DNA of 64,000 nucleotides, taken from assembly GCA_021794015.1 (NCBI GenBank), contig JAJYRQ010000001.1, positions 39,448-103,447 of the forward strand, read 5' to 3'. The position numbers and the translations under genes were made by a program. Below are positions 29,466 through 41,207 of the stretch, piece after piece (position 1 is the first letter of the stretch; each line of letters starts with the position of its first letter). Below the pieces are notes generated by a model, which did not search any database, was not told where the DNA came from, and saw only the letters and a list, made by a program, of their open reading frames with translations. This stretch comes from Deltaproteobacteria bacterium. Its GTDB lineage: Bacteria > Desulfobacterota > Binatia > Binatales > Binataceae.

Positions 29466-30173
29466 TTAAGGAGCGCGCTTGGCGTGTCCGTCCAGTTCGT
29501 TATTATCCGGCGTTTGTGCCTGGTGAGGGAAGAGTACGGCGTGGGCGCTTTCGACGACACTCTTGCCGCTGCTCAGGTAGACGGTGATTTTCGTGCCCTT
29601 GACCAAGTTAGGGCCGTCGTGGACCACGGGATGGCCAGTAAGGACCACGGTATGCTTTGCCTGGTCGAGCAGGGCGTGGTCGCCCGTCGCCCAGCGAGTG
29701 TCCTGGCTTATCTTGACGTTGCCGTTAGCCACCATTTGCTTTACTTCGTGGAAATCGGCCCCGTAAGTCACCAGCAGGCTTTGGCTGGTAAGGAGGACAT
29801 TGGCTTGAGTCGCATGGACGTGTCCCTGGAACAGAACGGTTCCGGCTTTGTAGTCGAGGGCGAGGTTATCCGACTCGATATGTATGGGAGCGTCGTTCGA
29901 CGCGCCGGAAAAGCCGGCAAACGGCAGGCTGGTACCGGCCGCGCCGTTGTCGCGCGAGGGGACTGGCCCAGGGTTCGAGGCCTTGGCGCGTACTTTGCGC
30001 GCGCCGGCCTGGGCGATAGCCGACGATCCGAGCAGGCCCGCCCCGCCCGCTTCGGCCTTGCGCAAGGTCGAAGCACCGATCATCCCCCCGGGGTCGGCGC
30101 CGGCTGCAACTCCCGCGCCGGCCAGGACGGCAAGCATGAACAGCGGCGCGCAGAGTTTCGCCAATCGGGTCAT
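29466..30173 (-). CDS. lptA: Lipopolysaccharide transport periplasmic protein LptA (OstA-like)
   Basis: Signal peptide followed by an OstA_N-like beta-jellyroll (PIHIESDNLALDYKAGTVLFQGHVHATQ...VVLTGHPVV). Sits immediately upstream of rpoN. Confidence 0.7.
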   Translation of the reverse strand: MTRLAKLCAPLFMLAVLAGAGVAAGADPGGMIGASTLRKAEAGGAGLLGSSAIAQAGARKVRAKASNPGPVPSRDNGAAGTSLPFAGFSGASNDAPIHIESDNLALDYKAGTVLFQGHVHATQANVLLTSQSLLVTYGADFHEVKQMVANGNVKISQDTRWATGDHALLDQAKHTVVLTGHPVVHDGPNLVKGTKITVYLSSGKSVVESAHAVLFPHQAQTPDNNELDGHAKRAP

Positions 30174-30336
30174 TCGAAGGTCAACTCGAACCGACGTGTC
30201 AAGGCCTCCTGCCTGATAGCGCTGCAGTGTGGCGCGGCCGCGCCGGCCGCTACTCCAAAATAATCCTAGCACAGGTGGGCGTGCGGGCGTGATCGCCGGC
30301 GGCGCAAGGCGGCGGTGCCTGAAGGCGCGCGCGCCG

Positions 30337-30945
30337 CTAGCCCGGCTTTCGCCGCGCCGAACGGGGAATTCGCTTCGGATAAACTTGCGTGACCGTGTGG
30401 CTCAGCAGCGTGAAGAGCTGGCGCCCGGGATGTCCTTCGAGCCCGACACCTTCGACCTGGATGCCCTGGCCGACGATTTTGACCGGGCCGGGCGCCGTGA
30501 TCTCATCGCGGTCGGGGAGAAACGTGGCTTGCGCCGTCGTGAAGCGGTAACCCTGGTAGCGTAATTCGATGCCTCCGCTTAAGAAGGCCTCTTTGATGGA
30601 GCTGCCTGAGAGCTTGACGCTGGCGCGCGGGGCGTTAACGGTCACCTCCGCGCCGTCCGCCGACTGCATCGACAGGCGCGCCACGGTCAGGGTCAGCGAG
30701 GTCCCGTCCACGGAATAGCGGGCGTCTGTGCCGTGCAGCACCCAGCGGCGCTGCGCGCCTTTCACTTGGGTCCAGTCGAAGTTGCGCGCGTGCAAAAGCG
30801 TGTTCGCCAGCGGGTGGACATGGCGGCGCTGGACAGCCTCGGCAAAAGCCCGCCGGCGCACCACCCTGATCGCAACCACCAGCAGGACGAGCGAGGCTGC
30901 CACTCCAAGCATCACCAGGAGAAACGCCACGCGCCTAAGCCTCAT
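30337..30945 (-). CDS. lptC: Lipopolysaccharide export protein LptC
   Basis: N-terminal TM anchor followed by an LptC-like periplasmic domain. Position between kdsA and lptA. Confidence 0.6.
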   Translation of the reverse strand: MRLRRVAFLLVMLGVAASLVLLVVAIRVVRRRAFAEAVQRRHVHPLANTLLHARNFDWTQVKGAQRRWVLHGTDARYSVDGTSLTLTVARLSMQSADGAEVTVNAPRASVKLSGSSIKEAFLSGGIELRYQGYRFTTAQATFLPDRDEITAPGPVKIVGQGIQVEGVGLEGHPGRQLFTLLSHTVTQVYPKRIPRSARRKPG

Positions 30946-31059
30946 CTCCGGATTTCCTTTGTTGCCCCGTGCCGCCGCTGGCCGGTCGTCGCGTCCGGCT
31001 TATCTGCTCCGGGCTGGCGCGGTGCAGGGGGTGCTTCCCAGCACCGGTTGGATTCGCCC

Positions 31060-31896
31060 TCATTCGCCGGTCGCAGCCAGCGCCCGCCGGGTCTCGTCGG
31101 TCCTCTTAAGCTGGTCGAGCAGCGCCGCCAGCCGGTCGAGAGGGTAGGAGGTGGCGGCGTCGCTTAGCGCGCTCTCCGGCGTCTGGTGGACCTCGAGGAA
31201 GACGCCCTCGACACCGACCGCTACGGCGGCGCGGGCCAACGGGGCGACGAACTCGCGCTGTCCGCCCGAGGTCGTCCCGCATCCGCCGGGCAACTGCACC
31301 GAGTGTGTGGCGTCGAAAATGACGGGGTACCCGAACTGCCGCATGATGACCAGCGAGCGCAGGTCGGTCACCAGGTTGTTGTAGCCGAAACAGACGCCGC
31401 GCTCGGTGATCAGGATACCGCGGTTGGCGCCGCTTTCGACCTTGGCGACCACTGCTTTCATGTCCCAGGGGGCCAGGAACTGCCCTTTTTTCAGATTCAC
31501 CGTTCGCTCGGTGGCCGCGGCGGCCATGATCAGATCGGTCTGGCGCGAAAGGAAAGCCGGCACCTGCAGTATATCGGCCACTTCGGCCGCCGCCGCGGCC
31601 TGCCAGCTCTCGTGGATGTCGGTAAGCACGGCCAATCCCGTTTCCTGCTTGACCCTTTCGAGGACGCGCAGCCCGGCTTGCAGCCCCGGTCCGCGAAACG
31701 AGAGATGGCTGGTGCGGTTGGCCTTGTCGAAGGAGGCCTTGAAAACCAGCGGCAGGGCCGCCCGGCGGGCAATCACCGCCAGGCGCTCGGCATGGCGCAG
31801 GCAGGAGTCGGCGCTTTCGATTACACACGGGCCGGCGATGAGCGCCAGCCGTTCGCCGCCAAAAACGCACTCCCCTACCGCTACCTTTGCGCTCAT
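31060..31896 (-). CDS. kdsA: 2-dehydro-3-deoxyphosphooctonate aldolase (KDO-8-P synthase)
   Basis: Full-length KdsA ([10 protein letters not shown]..., [14 protein letters not shown]). Confidence 0.9.
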   Translation of the reverse strand: MSAKVAVGECVFGGERLALIAGPCVIESADSCLRHAERLAVIARRAALPLVFKASFDKANRTSHLSFRGPGLQAGLRVLERVKQETGLAVLTDIHESWQAAAAAEVADILQVPAFLSRQTDLIMAAAATERTVNLKKGQFLAPWDMKAVVAKVESGANRGILITERGVCFGYNNLVTDLRSLVIMRQFGYPVIFDATHSVQLPGGCGTTSGGQREFVAPLARAAVAVGVEGVFLEVHQTPESALSDAATSYPLDRLAALLDQLKRTDETRRALAATGE

Positions 31897-31897
31897 C

Positions 31898-33583
<1,686 letters not shown>

Positions 33584-34333
33584 CTACTCCGGCGCGCCGC
33601 TTTGGGCGCGTGCCTGGGCCAGGTCCTCGGCGGTATCGACTTCGATCGACGCTGCCGCGCAGTGGACGACCCGGATGCGCCAGCCGTGCTCGAGCACGCG
33701 CAATTGCTCCAGTTTTTCCACCTGTTCGAGGCGACCGGGCTCGAGCCGGGCAAAATTCAGCAGGAAGTCGCGCCGGTAGGCGTAGACCCCGATATGGCAC
33801 AGCGCGCCCGGCGGCAGGCCGCCGTCGCGGGCGTGCGGGATCGGGGCGCGGGAAAAGTAGAGCGCCTCGCCCTGGTCGTTTAGAACCACCTTGACCACGT
33901 TGGGATTGTACCACTGTTCAAGGCTTTTGACCGGGGCCGCAAGCGTGCCCATGGCAGCCTCGCCGCCGCCAAGCATCGAACGGGCCAGCGCGTCCAGATC
34001 GCGCGGCGCAATGAATGGCAGGTCGCCTTGAATGTTCAGGTAGAGGTCGGCCGCGAACTGCGCGGCGACCTCGGCCACCCGGTCGGTGCCGCTGAGATGG
34101 GCGGGCGAGGTCATAACCGCCTCGGCCCCCGCCGCGCGCGCCGCCTCCGCGATTCGCCGGTCGTCGGTGGCCACCAGCACGCGCCCCAACTCCGTGGCTT
34201 GGCAGGCGTGGCGCCAAACCTTGACAACCATCGGCTCGTTCCCGATGAGCGCCAGCGCCTTGGCCGCCAGGCGGGTCGAACCGAAGCGCGCCGGAATGAC
34301 GCCTATGACTCTTGCACCGGTGCTCGATGGCAT
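33584..34333 (-). CDS. kdsB: 3-deoxy-manno-octulosonate cytidylyltransferase (CMP-KDO synthetase)
   Basis: KdsB motifs (VIGVIPARFGSTRL, ...NIQGDLPFI). Start placed at MPSSTGAR; the longer ORF extends to 34459. Confidence 0.8.
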   Translation of the reverse strand: MPSSTGARVIGVIPARFGSTRLAAKALALIGNEPMVVKVWRHACQATELGRVLVATDDRRIAEAARAAGAEAVMTSPAHLSGTDRVAEVAAQFAADLYLNIQGDLPFIAPRDLDALARSMLGGGEAAMGTLAAPVKSLEQWYNPNVVKVVLNDQGEALYFSRAPIPHARDGGLPPGALCHIGVYAYRRDFLLNFARLEPGRLEQVEKLEQLRVLEHGWRIRVVHCAAASIEVDTAEDLAQARAQSGAPE

Positions 34334-34590
34334 GGATGCTGATTTTCGCGCGGCACGCCCCGCCCCGAACCAAGCTCCAATCGCCGCGTGCGCGCTCCTG
34401 CCCCGCCGCCCCGGCCGGCAAGGCGTCAGCGCGGCCGTTGCGAACCCGTAGCAAAGCAACTCCGGTCGTTCATCATAGGGCCCGGCTGGCGCCGGCGCAA
34501 TGGCGGGGCCGCCCGGCCGGCGCCGCCGGCGCGCGGGGGATACTCAGCCGGCCGCCGCTTGGCTAAACTGGGTGAAGGTCGAGGCCGGCA

Positions 34591-36966
34591 GTGGCAAACG
34601 AACACGACAGTCTTGCGCTCATCGAGGAGATATCGACGATCGGTCGTCAGGCGGGCGATGACCTGCGCGAGACGCTCGACCAACTGGTGGCGGCGGTCGC
34701 CGCGGGACTCGAGGTCGAGGTCTGTTCGCTTTACGTTTTCGACCCCGAACGCCAGCGCCTGGTGCTGCGCGCAACGCTCGGGCTTAACCCGGAGTCCGTG
34801 GGCAAGGTCTCGATGCGGGTGGACGAAGGGTTGGTGGGGCTGGCGGTTGAAGCGGGCGAGGCGGTAAACGAACCGGACGCGATGAGCCATCCGCGCTACA
34901 AGTATTTTCCCGAGACCGGCGAGGAACGCTACCACGCCTTGCTGGCCGTCCCGGTCTGGGACGAGGCGCACAAGCCGCTGGGCGTGCTGGTGGTGCAGAC
35001 GTTGCGCCGGCGCGTTTTCGAGGAGGCCGAAGTCAGGACCTTCCGCGCGGCGGCCAACCAAGTGGCGCAGGTTTTCTCGCGCTTCAGGCTGCGCGAAAGC
35101 CTGCTGACCAAGGAAAAAGAACGCGACGAGTACCGCCGGCGCATGATCGAGGCGAACCGCCAGCTCAAAAGCTTCGAGAAGATTCGCGGCACCACCCGGC
35201 TGGTGGTCGCGCCCAAGGTGCGCCGGCCGCGCCTGAAGGGCCTGGCCGCCGTGCCGGGCTTCGCCCAGGGCTCGGCCCATGTCGCCAGCGGCCTCTTGGC
35301 CGCAGTTAATCGCAACCTGCGTGCCCAGGACCCCAAGGCCGAGCTCCAGCGCCTGGAGGAGGCGCTGGCGCGCTCGCGCAACGAGCTGGTCGCGCTGAAA
35401 AACCGCATGGCGGCGCTGATGGCAGAGACCGAGTTGAGGGTCTTTGACGGCCATCGGCTCATCCTGGAAGACCAGGAGTTCGTCGGCCCCATCCGCACCG
35501 CCATCGAGTCGGGCTACGCCGCGCCCAGCGCGCTCTTGCGCGTGGTCGACGAACTCGCCGCTTCGCTTGGCGCGGTTGCCGACGGCTACCTGCGCGACCG
35601 TGCAACCGACCTGCGCGACGTCGGGCAGCGCCTGTTGCGCCACCTCGAGCGCGGCGCCGCTGGCCAGGCCTTCGACCGCCCCACGGTGCTGGTTGCCGAG
35701 GAGCTGACCCTTTCCCAGCTCACGCTCATCTCGCACGAGAACCTGGTCGGGATTGCGCTCGGCTCGGGCGGCGTTACCTCGCACGCCGCCATCCTGGCCC
35801 GCTCCTTTGAGATTCCCACCGTGGTCGGCGTCGAGCATCTCATGGAGGCCGTTATCGAGGGCGACAGCCTGGTCATCGACGGCAACTCCGGCGTGGTCTA
35901 CGTCAGCCCCGCTCCCGAGATCGAGCGCGAGTACGGGGTGCTGATCAGCCGCTACCAGGACTTCAAGCGCGAGCTGATGAGCCAGCAGGCGGGACCCTCA
36001 ACCACCCGCGACGGCCGACGGGTGCGCATCCTGGCCAATATCGCGCTGCCGAGCGACATTGCCGTGGCGCTCGGCTATGGCGCCGAGGGGATCGGGCTCC
36101 TGCGCACCGAGTTCTCGTTTTTTACCTACGAGGACTTCCCCGACGAAGAGCAACAGGTGGCGTTGTATCGCTCGATGATCGAAGCGGTCGGCCAACGGCC
36201 GGTGACGATTCGTACCCTGGATATCGGGGCCGACAAGTACCCGCCCTACCTGCGCGTGCCGCGCGAGGCCAACCCGTTTCTGGGCTGGCGTTCGATCCGC
36301 ATCTCGCTTGAGCTGGCCGACGTTTTCAAGACCCAGCTTCGGGCGATTATGCGCGCCGCCGCTCGTCGCGACGTAAGCCTGCTGATGCCGATGATCTCCA
36401 GCGTCGAGGAGCTGCGCAAGGCGCTGGCCATCCTGGCCGAAGCGCAGGATGAACTCTCGCGCGAAGGACGCGAGTACAAGCCCGACCTCCCGGTCGGAAT
36501 CATGGTCGAGGTGCCTTCGGCCGTCTGGCTCGCCTCGCATCTGGTGCGCGAGGTCGACTTTTTCTCGATCGGCACCAACGACCTCATCCAGTACCTGCTC
36601 GCCACCGACCGCAACAACCCCCGCGTGGCTCATCTTTACGAAGGGCTCCATCCGGCCGTCCTATCGGCCGTCGCCGAGGTGGTCGGTGTCGGCCGCGCCG
36701 CGGGCAAGGAGGTCTCAATCTGCGGCGAACTGGCCAGCGACCCGTTGGCCACGCTGCTGCTGGTCGGGATCGGGTTCGACCACCTAAGCCTAAGCCCGTT
36801 GTTCATCCCGGTGGTGCGTAAAATCGTGCGCGAGACCAACTATCAGACCGCCCGGCTGGCGGCCCACGATGTCCTTCAAATGGCCACGGTCCAGGACGTC
36901 AAGGCTTACCTCATCGACCGCTACCGCGACCTGGGCCTGATGCGGCTGGTCGAAATGTACCGCTAA
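34591..36966 (+). CDS. ptsP: GAF-domain phosphoenolpyruvate-protein phosphotransferase (EI-Ntr)
   Basis: 791 aa. N-terminal GAF domain followed by a PEP-utilising Enzyme I core with the catalytic-His region (GGVTSHAAILARSFEIPTVVG). GTG start. Confidence 0.85.
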   Translation: MANEHDSLALIEEISTIGRQAGDDLRETLDQLVAAVAAGLEVEVCSLYVFDPERQRLVLRATLGLNPESVGKVSMRVDEGLVGLAVEAGEAVNEPDAMSHPRYKYFPETGEERYHALLAVPVWDEAHKPLGVLVVQTLRRRVFEEAEVRTFRAAANQVAQVFSRFRLRESLLTKEKERDEYRRRMIEANRQLKSFEKIRGTTRLVVAPKVRRPRLKGLAAVPGFAQGSAHVASGLLAAVNRNLRAQDPKAELQRLEEALARSRNELVALKNRMAALMAETELRVFDGHRLILEDQEFVGPIRTAIESGYAAPSALLRVVDELAASLGAVADGYLRDRATDLRDVGQRLLRHLERGAAGQAFDRPTVLVAEELTLSQLTLISHENLVGIALGSGGVTSHAAILARSFEIPTVVGVEHLMEAVIEGDSLVIDGNSGVVYVSPAPEIEREYGVLISRYQDFKRELMSQQAGPSTTRDGRRVRILANIALPSDIAVALGYGAEGIGLLRTEFSFFTYEDFPDEEQQVALYRSMIEAVGQRPVTIRTLDIGADKYPPYLRVPREANPFLGWRSIRISLELADVFKTQLRAIMRAAARRDVSLLMPMISSVEELRKALAILAEAQDELSREGREYKPDLPVGIMVEVPSAVWLASHLVREVDFFSIGTNDLIQYLLATDRNNPRVAHLYEGLHPAVLSAVAEVVGVGRAAGKEVSICGELASDPLATLLLVGIGFDHLSLSPLFIPVVRKIVRETNYQTARLAAHDVLQMATVQDVKAYLIDRYRDLGLMRLVEMYR

Positions 36967-37141
36967 GCGGCCGGTAGGGCTGTGGCAGTGCGGTTCCAGA
37001 TACGGCTCGGTTGGAGGGCGAAGCCCGCGGTGCAGCCAAAGGTTGACTTGATCGGGCGACTTTTGTAACCTGACCGCACGGTTAAATCGAGGCGCGAAGC
37101 CTGGGCTTTGCGCCGCCGTGGTCGGTCCGGAGAGTGCAATT

Positions 37142-38998
37142 ATGGTTTTTCTAGTCATTGTTGCGGCAGTGGCATTGGTGATGGGTGTGAGCGGCTACCT
37201 GTTGCTTGGGCGCAATCGTTACGGCAGAGATTCGGCTGTGGCGCTTTTGGTGGGCGGTGAAAAGGCGGGGGAGAAAACGGTCCTCAGGCCGGAGCCTTAC
37301 CGGACAGTACGGGTCTACTTCATCAAGCCTTCGCGTTACGACCAGGACTATGTTTCGGTCTTCCGTTTCGGGGTCCAGCCGAACAACACGCTTACGGTGC
37401 TGGCGGCGCTCAACGACTCTTTCAACCGCCGTCACTCGGCCAAGCGCAACGTCTACCTCGAGACGGTCATCTGGGACGAGGTGTGCGACGGCGTTGTGAG
37501 CCCTGAAACGGTCAAGGCGATCAAGGACCGGGCGGTGCGCGACGGGGTCGAGCTGGTGGTCGGATTGGCCGGGGTGCAGTCGAACCAATACCCGCGCGGG
37601 CGCGACATCGCGCTGCAGTTTGCCGCGCTTAACGTGCCGACGCTGATGGGCGGCTTTCACGTCAGCGGCTATCCCGAGTCGCGCGGGTTTCTGAATCAGT
37701 GCGGGATCACCACGGTGGTGGGTGAGGCGGAGAATCTTTGGGAAGAGATCGTCGATGACTATCTCAAGGGCGAGCTGAAGCTGAATTACGCGGTCACCGA
37801 CGGGATTCGCGCCAAGACCGGCCAGCAGGACATCATCGTGCCTCTTATCACCGACGCGCAGCTTCCGCTGTTGGACGATCGCTACCTGACGCGTTTTTTC
37901 AATACTCGGATGACCACCCTGGACACCTCGCGCGGTTGTCCTTTCACCTGCTCGTACTGCAGCGTCAAGAACGTGATGGGGCGTACGATGCGCTCGCGCG
38001 AGCCGGAGGCGGTGGTTGCCTGGGTGCGCGACGCGGCCCGTTACCACGGCATCCGGGGGCTGTTCCTGGTTGACGACGACTTCTTTCGCAACCCGCGCTG
38101 GGAGGAAATTCTCACCGGGCTGGAAGGAGTCAAGCGCGAGTTTCCCAAGTTGAACTTCATGATGCAGGTCGACGTCGACGCTTCCTGCTACGCCAACGTG
38201 GCCGAGGGAGAGACCGAGACCGCCAAGCATCGGCGCAGCAAGCGCTTTGTCGAGCTTTGCGCGAGGGCCGGATGCTACCAGGCGTTTGTCGGCATCGAAT
38301 CGCTCAACCCGGCCAATCTGAACCACGCCACCAAGTACCAGAACACCGAGGACCGCCAGCACCGGATGAGCTTCGCCGAGCTGAGCGCCAAGGTGCTCAA
38401 CAAGTACCGGCGGGTCGTTGACAACTGGCACAAGGCCGGGATTTCGGTCCACGCCGGGTACATGCTGGGGTTTCCGTTTGACGGGGCCGACTGCGGCCGC
38501 GTGGCGGCTAAAATCCTGCGCAAGATTGGCTTTGACATCGTATCGTTCTTCATCATGACACCGCTTCCCGGCACCGAAGACCAGGTGCGTTCGGCCAAGG
38601 AGGGTCGAATCATCGACTGGGACTTCAACCAGCTCGACTCGCAGCACGTGACGCTCAAGCACGACCTGATGGATGCGCAGGCATGCTACCGGGCCTACCG
38701 GGAGGCGTTTACCGGCTTTTACTCGCTGGGGCGGCTGCTCTATACGGTGCTCACCGTGGGCGGGCGACGGGCGCTGAGCGCCGAGGCCCGGATTTCGGTG
38801 ATGCAGCAGTTCATGTACTACTTTTTCAGCTACCGGCAGGGGCGCCACCCGATGGTTGGCGGCGTCTGGCAGATTCGCCGGCGCGACGTGCGCCGGCTGG
38901 CGGTTACCGACGAGGAGGCGCGCCGATGCTACCTCGACGCGGCACGCGCAGCCGGCTTTGCCGGGGCCGCGGGCGAACTGGCCGCCGTCGCCGTTTGA
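37142..38998 (+). CDS. B12-binding (class B) radical SAM protein with an N-terminal TM helix
   Basis: N-terminal hydrophobic helix. Rossmann-like B12-binding region. CxxxCxxC (CPFTCSYC). Large C-terminal domain. Its size and architecture resemble the HpnP/HpnR-type methylase family, but specificity cannot be assigned. Confidence 0.7.
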   Translation: MVFLVIVAAVALVMGVSGYLLLGRNRYGRDSAVALLVGGEKAGEKTVLRPEPYRTVRVYFIKPSRYDQDYVSVFRFGVQPNNTLTVLAALNDSFNRRHSAKRNVYLETVIWDEVCDGVVSPETVKAIKDRAVRDGVELVVGLAGVQSNQYPRGRDIALQFAALNVPTLMGGFHVSGYPESRGFLNQCGITTVVGEAENLWEEIVDDYLKGELKLNYAVTDGIRAKTGQQDIIVPLITDAQLPLLDDRYLTRFFNTRMTTLDTSRGCPFTCSYCSVKNVMGRTMRSREPEAVVAWVRDAARYHGIRGLFLVDDDFFRNPRWEEILTGLEGVKREFPKLNFMMQVDVDASCYANVAEGETETAKHRRSKRFVELCARAGCYQAFVGIESLNPANLNHATKYQNTEDRQHRMSFAELSAKVLNKYRRVVDNWHKAGISVHAGYMLGFPFDGADCGRVAAKILRKIGFDIVSFFIMTPLPGTEDQVRSAKEGRIIDWDFNQLDSQHVTLKHDLMDAQACYRAYREAFTGFYSLGRLLYTVLTVGGRRALSAEARISVMQQFMYYFFSYRQGRHPMVGGVWQIRRRDVRRLAVTDEEARRCYLDAARAAGFAGAAGELAAVAV

Positions 38999-39409
38999 TC
39001 CGCTGGCGCCTCTGTCTGGCGTCCGACGGTATGGCTCTGCTTGCCGGACGTTTGCTCGTGAGGCCGTCCTGAGCGAACCTGCTGCAGGTTTCCGGGGGCT
39101 AGAGTCTTTCGCGCTGCCGTGCCGATTCGCCCTTGCTCCGGCTGTGCCACAATGGAAGGTCGGCCGCATAGAGCGTGCCGCTGGCCGCTGGGCCGGGAAA
39201 GCTCAAGGGAAATAATGAGGGGCACGATAGCTGGCCAAGCTGTGCAGAGCTGAGGCGGGTGCCGGCCAGCGTTAGCCTAGGCGAAGACTGGCATGAAACG
39301 CGGCACTGCTTGTGGGGAAGAATTGAGTCGTCTCGGCGCCGGCCAGCCACACGGCCGGCCGCCCGCCCGCGAAGGGTGAGACGCCGGTCGCGGGTAAGGA
39401 GCGGTGGCA

Positions 39410-40348
39410 GTGGGGTACATTTCCGAGGAAGCAAAGGCATTAGCTCTAAGAGTTGCCAAGGCTGAGGCGAGCGACATCCTCCTTTATAACGGCCCGATTA
39501 ATGAAGAGGGCCTGGGGGGCGTCATTGAGTGCTTCGACCGGGGTTCTCAACACGAGTCCGTAATTCTGATTCTGTCCAGCTTTGGCGGTTCGGCGAACTC
39601 GGCCTTTCGCCTCGCCCGGGTGCTCCAGTCAGTCTACAGAAAGTTCTGCGTCCTGGTCTTTAGCTTCTGCAAGAGCGCAGGAACGATCGTCGCCACTGGT
39701 GCGCACCGTCTCATCATGGCGCAACTCTCCGAGCTTGGCCCGCTAGACGTTCAACTGAGGAAGCGTGATGAATTGTGGGAACGAAGGTCCGGGTTGCTGC
39801 TCCGATCCGCGCTCACGAGCCTAAAAGGCAGCGCGGAGGCGTTTTTTAGCGAAATGATGCTCGCGGTGAAGGTGAAGTCGCGCGGCTCGATTAGCTTTAA
39901 GCTTGCCAGCGAACTCGCGGCCGACATGACCTGCGGCCTTTTCGGCCAAATTTATTCGCGGGTCACTCCGGCAGAGCTGGGAGAGGATTGGCAGGAGTTG
40001 CACGTTGCGTACGAATACGCCAGGCGGCTGGCAGAGGCTGGCGGCCTGGTTTCTGAGGAAGCGATCCACAAGCTGGTGCATGACTACCCCTCGCACGACT
40101 TCGTTATCGATAGGCTGGAGGCGAGGAAACTTTTTTCGGCCGTCGATGAAGCGACGGACGAAATGTATGCTTTGGCCGCTAAACTGGGCCCTCTTGTTTA
40201 CGAGGTCGGGTCCGCCAAGCCAATCGTAGAGAGTCTAGCGAAGATAGATAAGATCGAGGAGAAAATCGATGAGAAGACACAAGGGGCTCAAAGTGCTTCC
40301 GAGGAGCAACAGCAAGGCTCAGGCAGTAAAAGCGCCTCCCCGCCGTAA
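39410..40348 (+). CDS. SDH-family (ClpP/S49-fold) serine peptidase
   Basis: Lower-GC gene. ClpP-fold motifs (ILILSSFGGSANSAF, FCKSAGTIVATGAHRL). Acidic, low-complexity C-terminal tail. AAGGAG RBS with a GTG start. Confidence 0.55.
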   Translation: MGYISEEAKALALRVAKAEASDILLYNGPINEEGLGGVIECFDRGSQHESVILILSSFGGSANSAFRLARVLQSVYRKFCVLVFSFCKSAGTIVATGAHRLIMAQLSELGPLDVQLRKRDELWERRSGLLLRSALTSLKGSAEAFFSEMMLAVKVKSRGSISFKLASELAADMTCGLFGQIYSRVTPAELGEDWQELHVAYEYARRLAEAGGLVSEEAIHKLVHDYPSHDFVIDRLEARKLFSAVDEATDEMYALAAKLGPLVYEVGSAKPIVESLAKIDKIEEKIDEKTQGAQSASEEQQQGSGSKSASPP

Positions 40349-40537
40349 TAACGCTTGGCTCTTGCACGCCGTGCCGATTGGCTCAGCCATAAAGCTTCGG
40401 GTGGACGGCGATGCGCCGACTGATTCGCCCGAAGGCGAGTCGGGGAATTTGGCCCGCAAGGCGGGCACTCTTGTCAACTCTTGAGCCAGCGGACGGGGTC
40501 TTTCTCCGCTGGTGTAATGCGGCCGTGCGGTCGGCTG

Positions 40538-40810
40538 ATGCTCAGTGAAGCTCAAATTGAGTCGCTTGCCGCTTACCTGGTCGAAGGGCTGCTCCGCGAG
40601 GGGTCGATGCGGTCCAAGGCTGAGTCGGGCGAGCTGGTTGCCTGCGTGATCGAACTGCTGTCGGCCAATTTCGAGGAAGAGCGCCGTATCGAGGATGAGG
40701 CCGAGAAGATTGCCGAAGAGCAGGCGCGCCTCCATCCCGGCGTCAACCCGGCCGAGTTCCGCCTGCTCGTAAAGAAGCGCCTGGCCGCGCAGCGCGGTTT
40801 CGTCCTGTAG
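40538..40810 (+). CDS. DUF507-family small protein (divergent paralogue)
   Basis: N-terminus MLSEAQIESLAAYLVEGLLREG parallels the downstream paralogue MKLSEQRILALVRDSLKKLQAEG. Confidence 0.5.
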   Translation: MLSEAQIESLAAYLVEGLLREGSMRSKAESGELVACVIELLSANFEEERRIEDEAEKIAEEQARLHPGVNPAEFRLLVKKRLAAQRGFVL

Positions 40811-40835
40811 CGGTGCGCGGCGAGCTCAAGATGCG

Positions 40836-41129
40836 ATGAAGCTCAGCGAGCAAAGAATTCTTGCGCTGGTGCGCGATTCCCTTAAGAAGCTTCAGGCCGA
40901 AGGGCTCGCCGAGGTGCCCAACTTTTCGCTCGCGCTGCGCCAAGGCCGCGCCCTTATCGACCAGTGGCTGGCCCAGGGCGACCGGGTCGACCTTGTGGTC
41001 CGGCGCAAGATAACCTCGCTTAAGCGTCATGTGGCCGAAGGCAGCGCCGAGTGGAACATCCTCTACCGCCGGTTTCGCGAGGAGGAGCTGCGCAAGAAGG
41101 GACCGCTGCCTGGCGCGCGAAACGGCTGA
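40836..41129 (+). CDS. DUF507-family small protein
   Basis: KITSLKRHVAEGSAEWNILYRRFREEELRKKG matches my recollection of the DUF507 signature (...SREWDILYKKYFEEE...). Confidence 0.55.
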   Translation: MKLSEQRILALVRDSLKKLQAEGLAEVPNFSLALRQGRALIDQWLAQGDRVDLVVRRKITSLKRHVAEGSAEWNILYRRFREEELRKKGPLPGARNG

Positions 41130-41207
41130 CCGCGCGCGCCGCGCCCCACCGGGGGCCATGACCGGTACGGCCGGTGGAGGCGGCAAGAGCCTAACGGAGA
41201 TTGCCAG

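Noticed and set aside
37151-39169. 672-aa minus-strand ORF antisense to the class-B radical SAM gene
   Set aside because: Shadow ORF. The plus-strand gene has the CxxxCxxC and B12-domain features.
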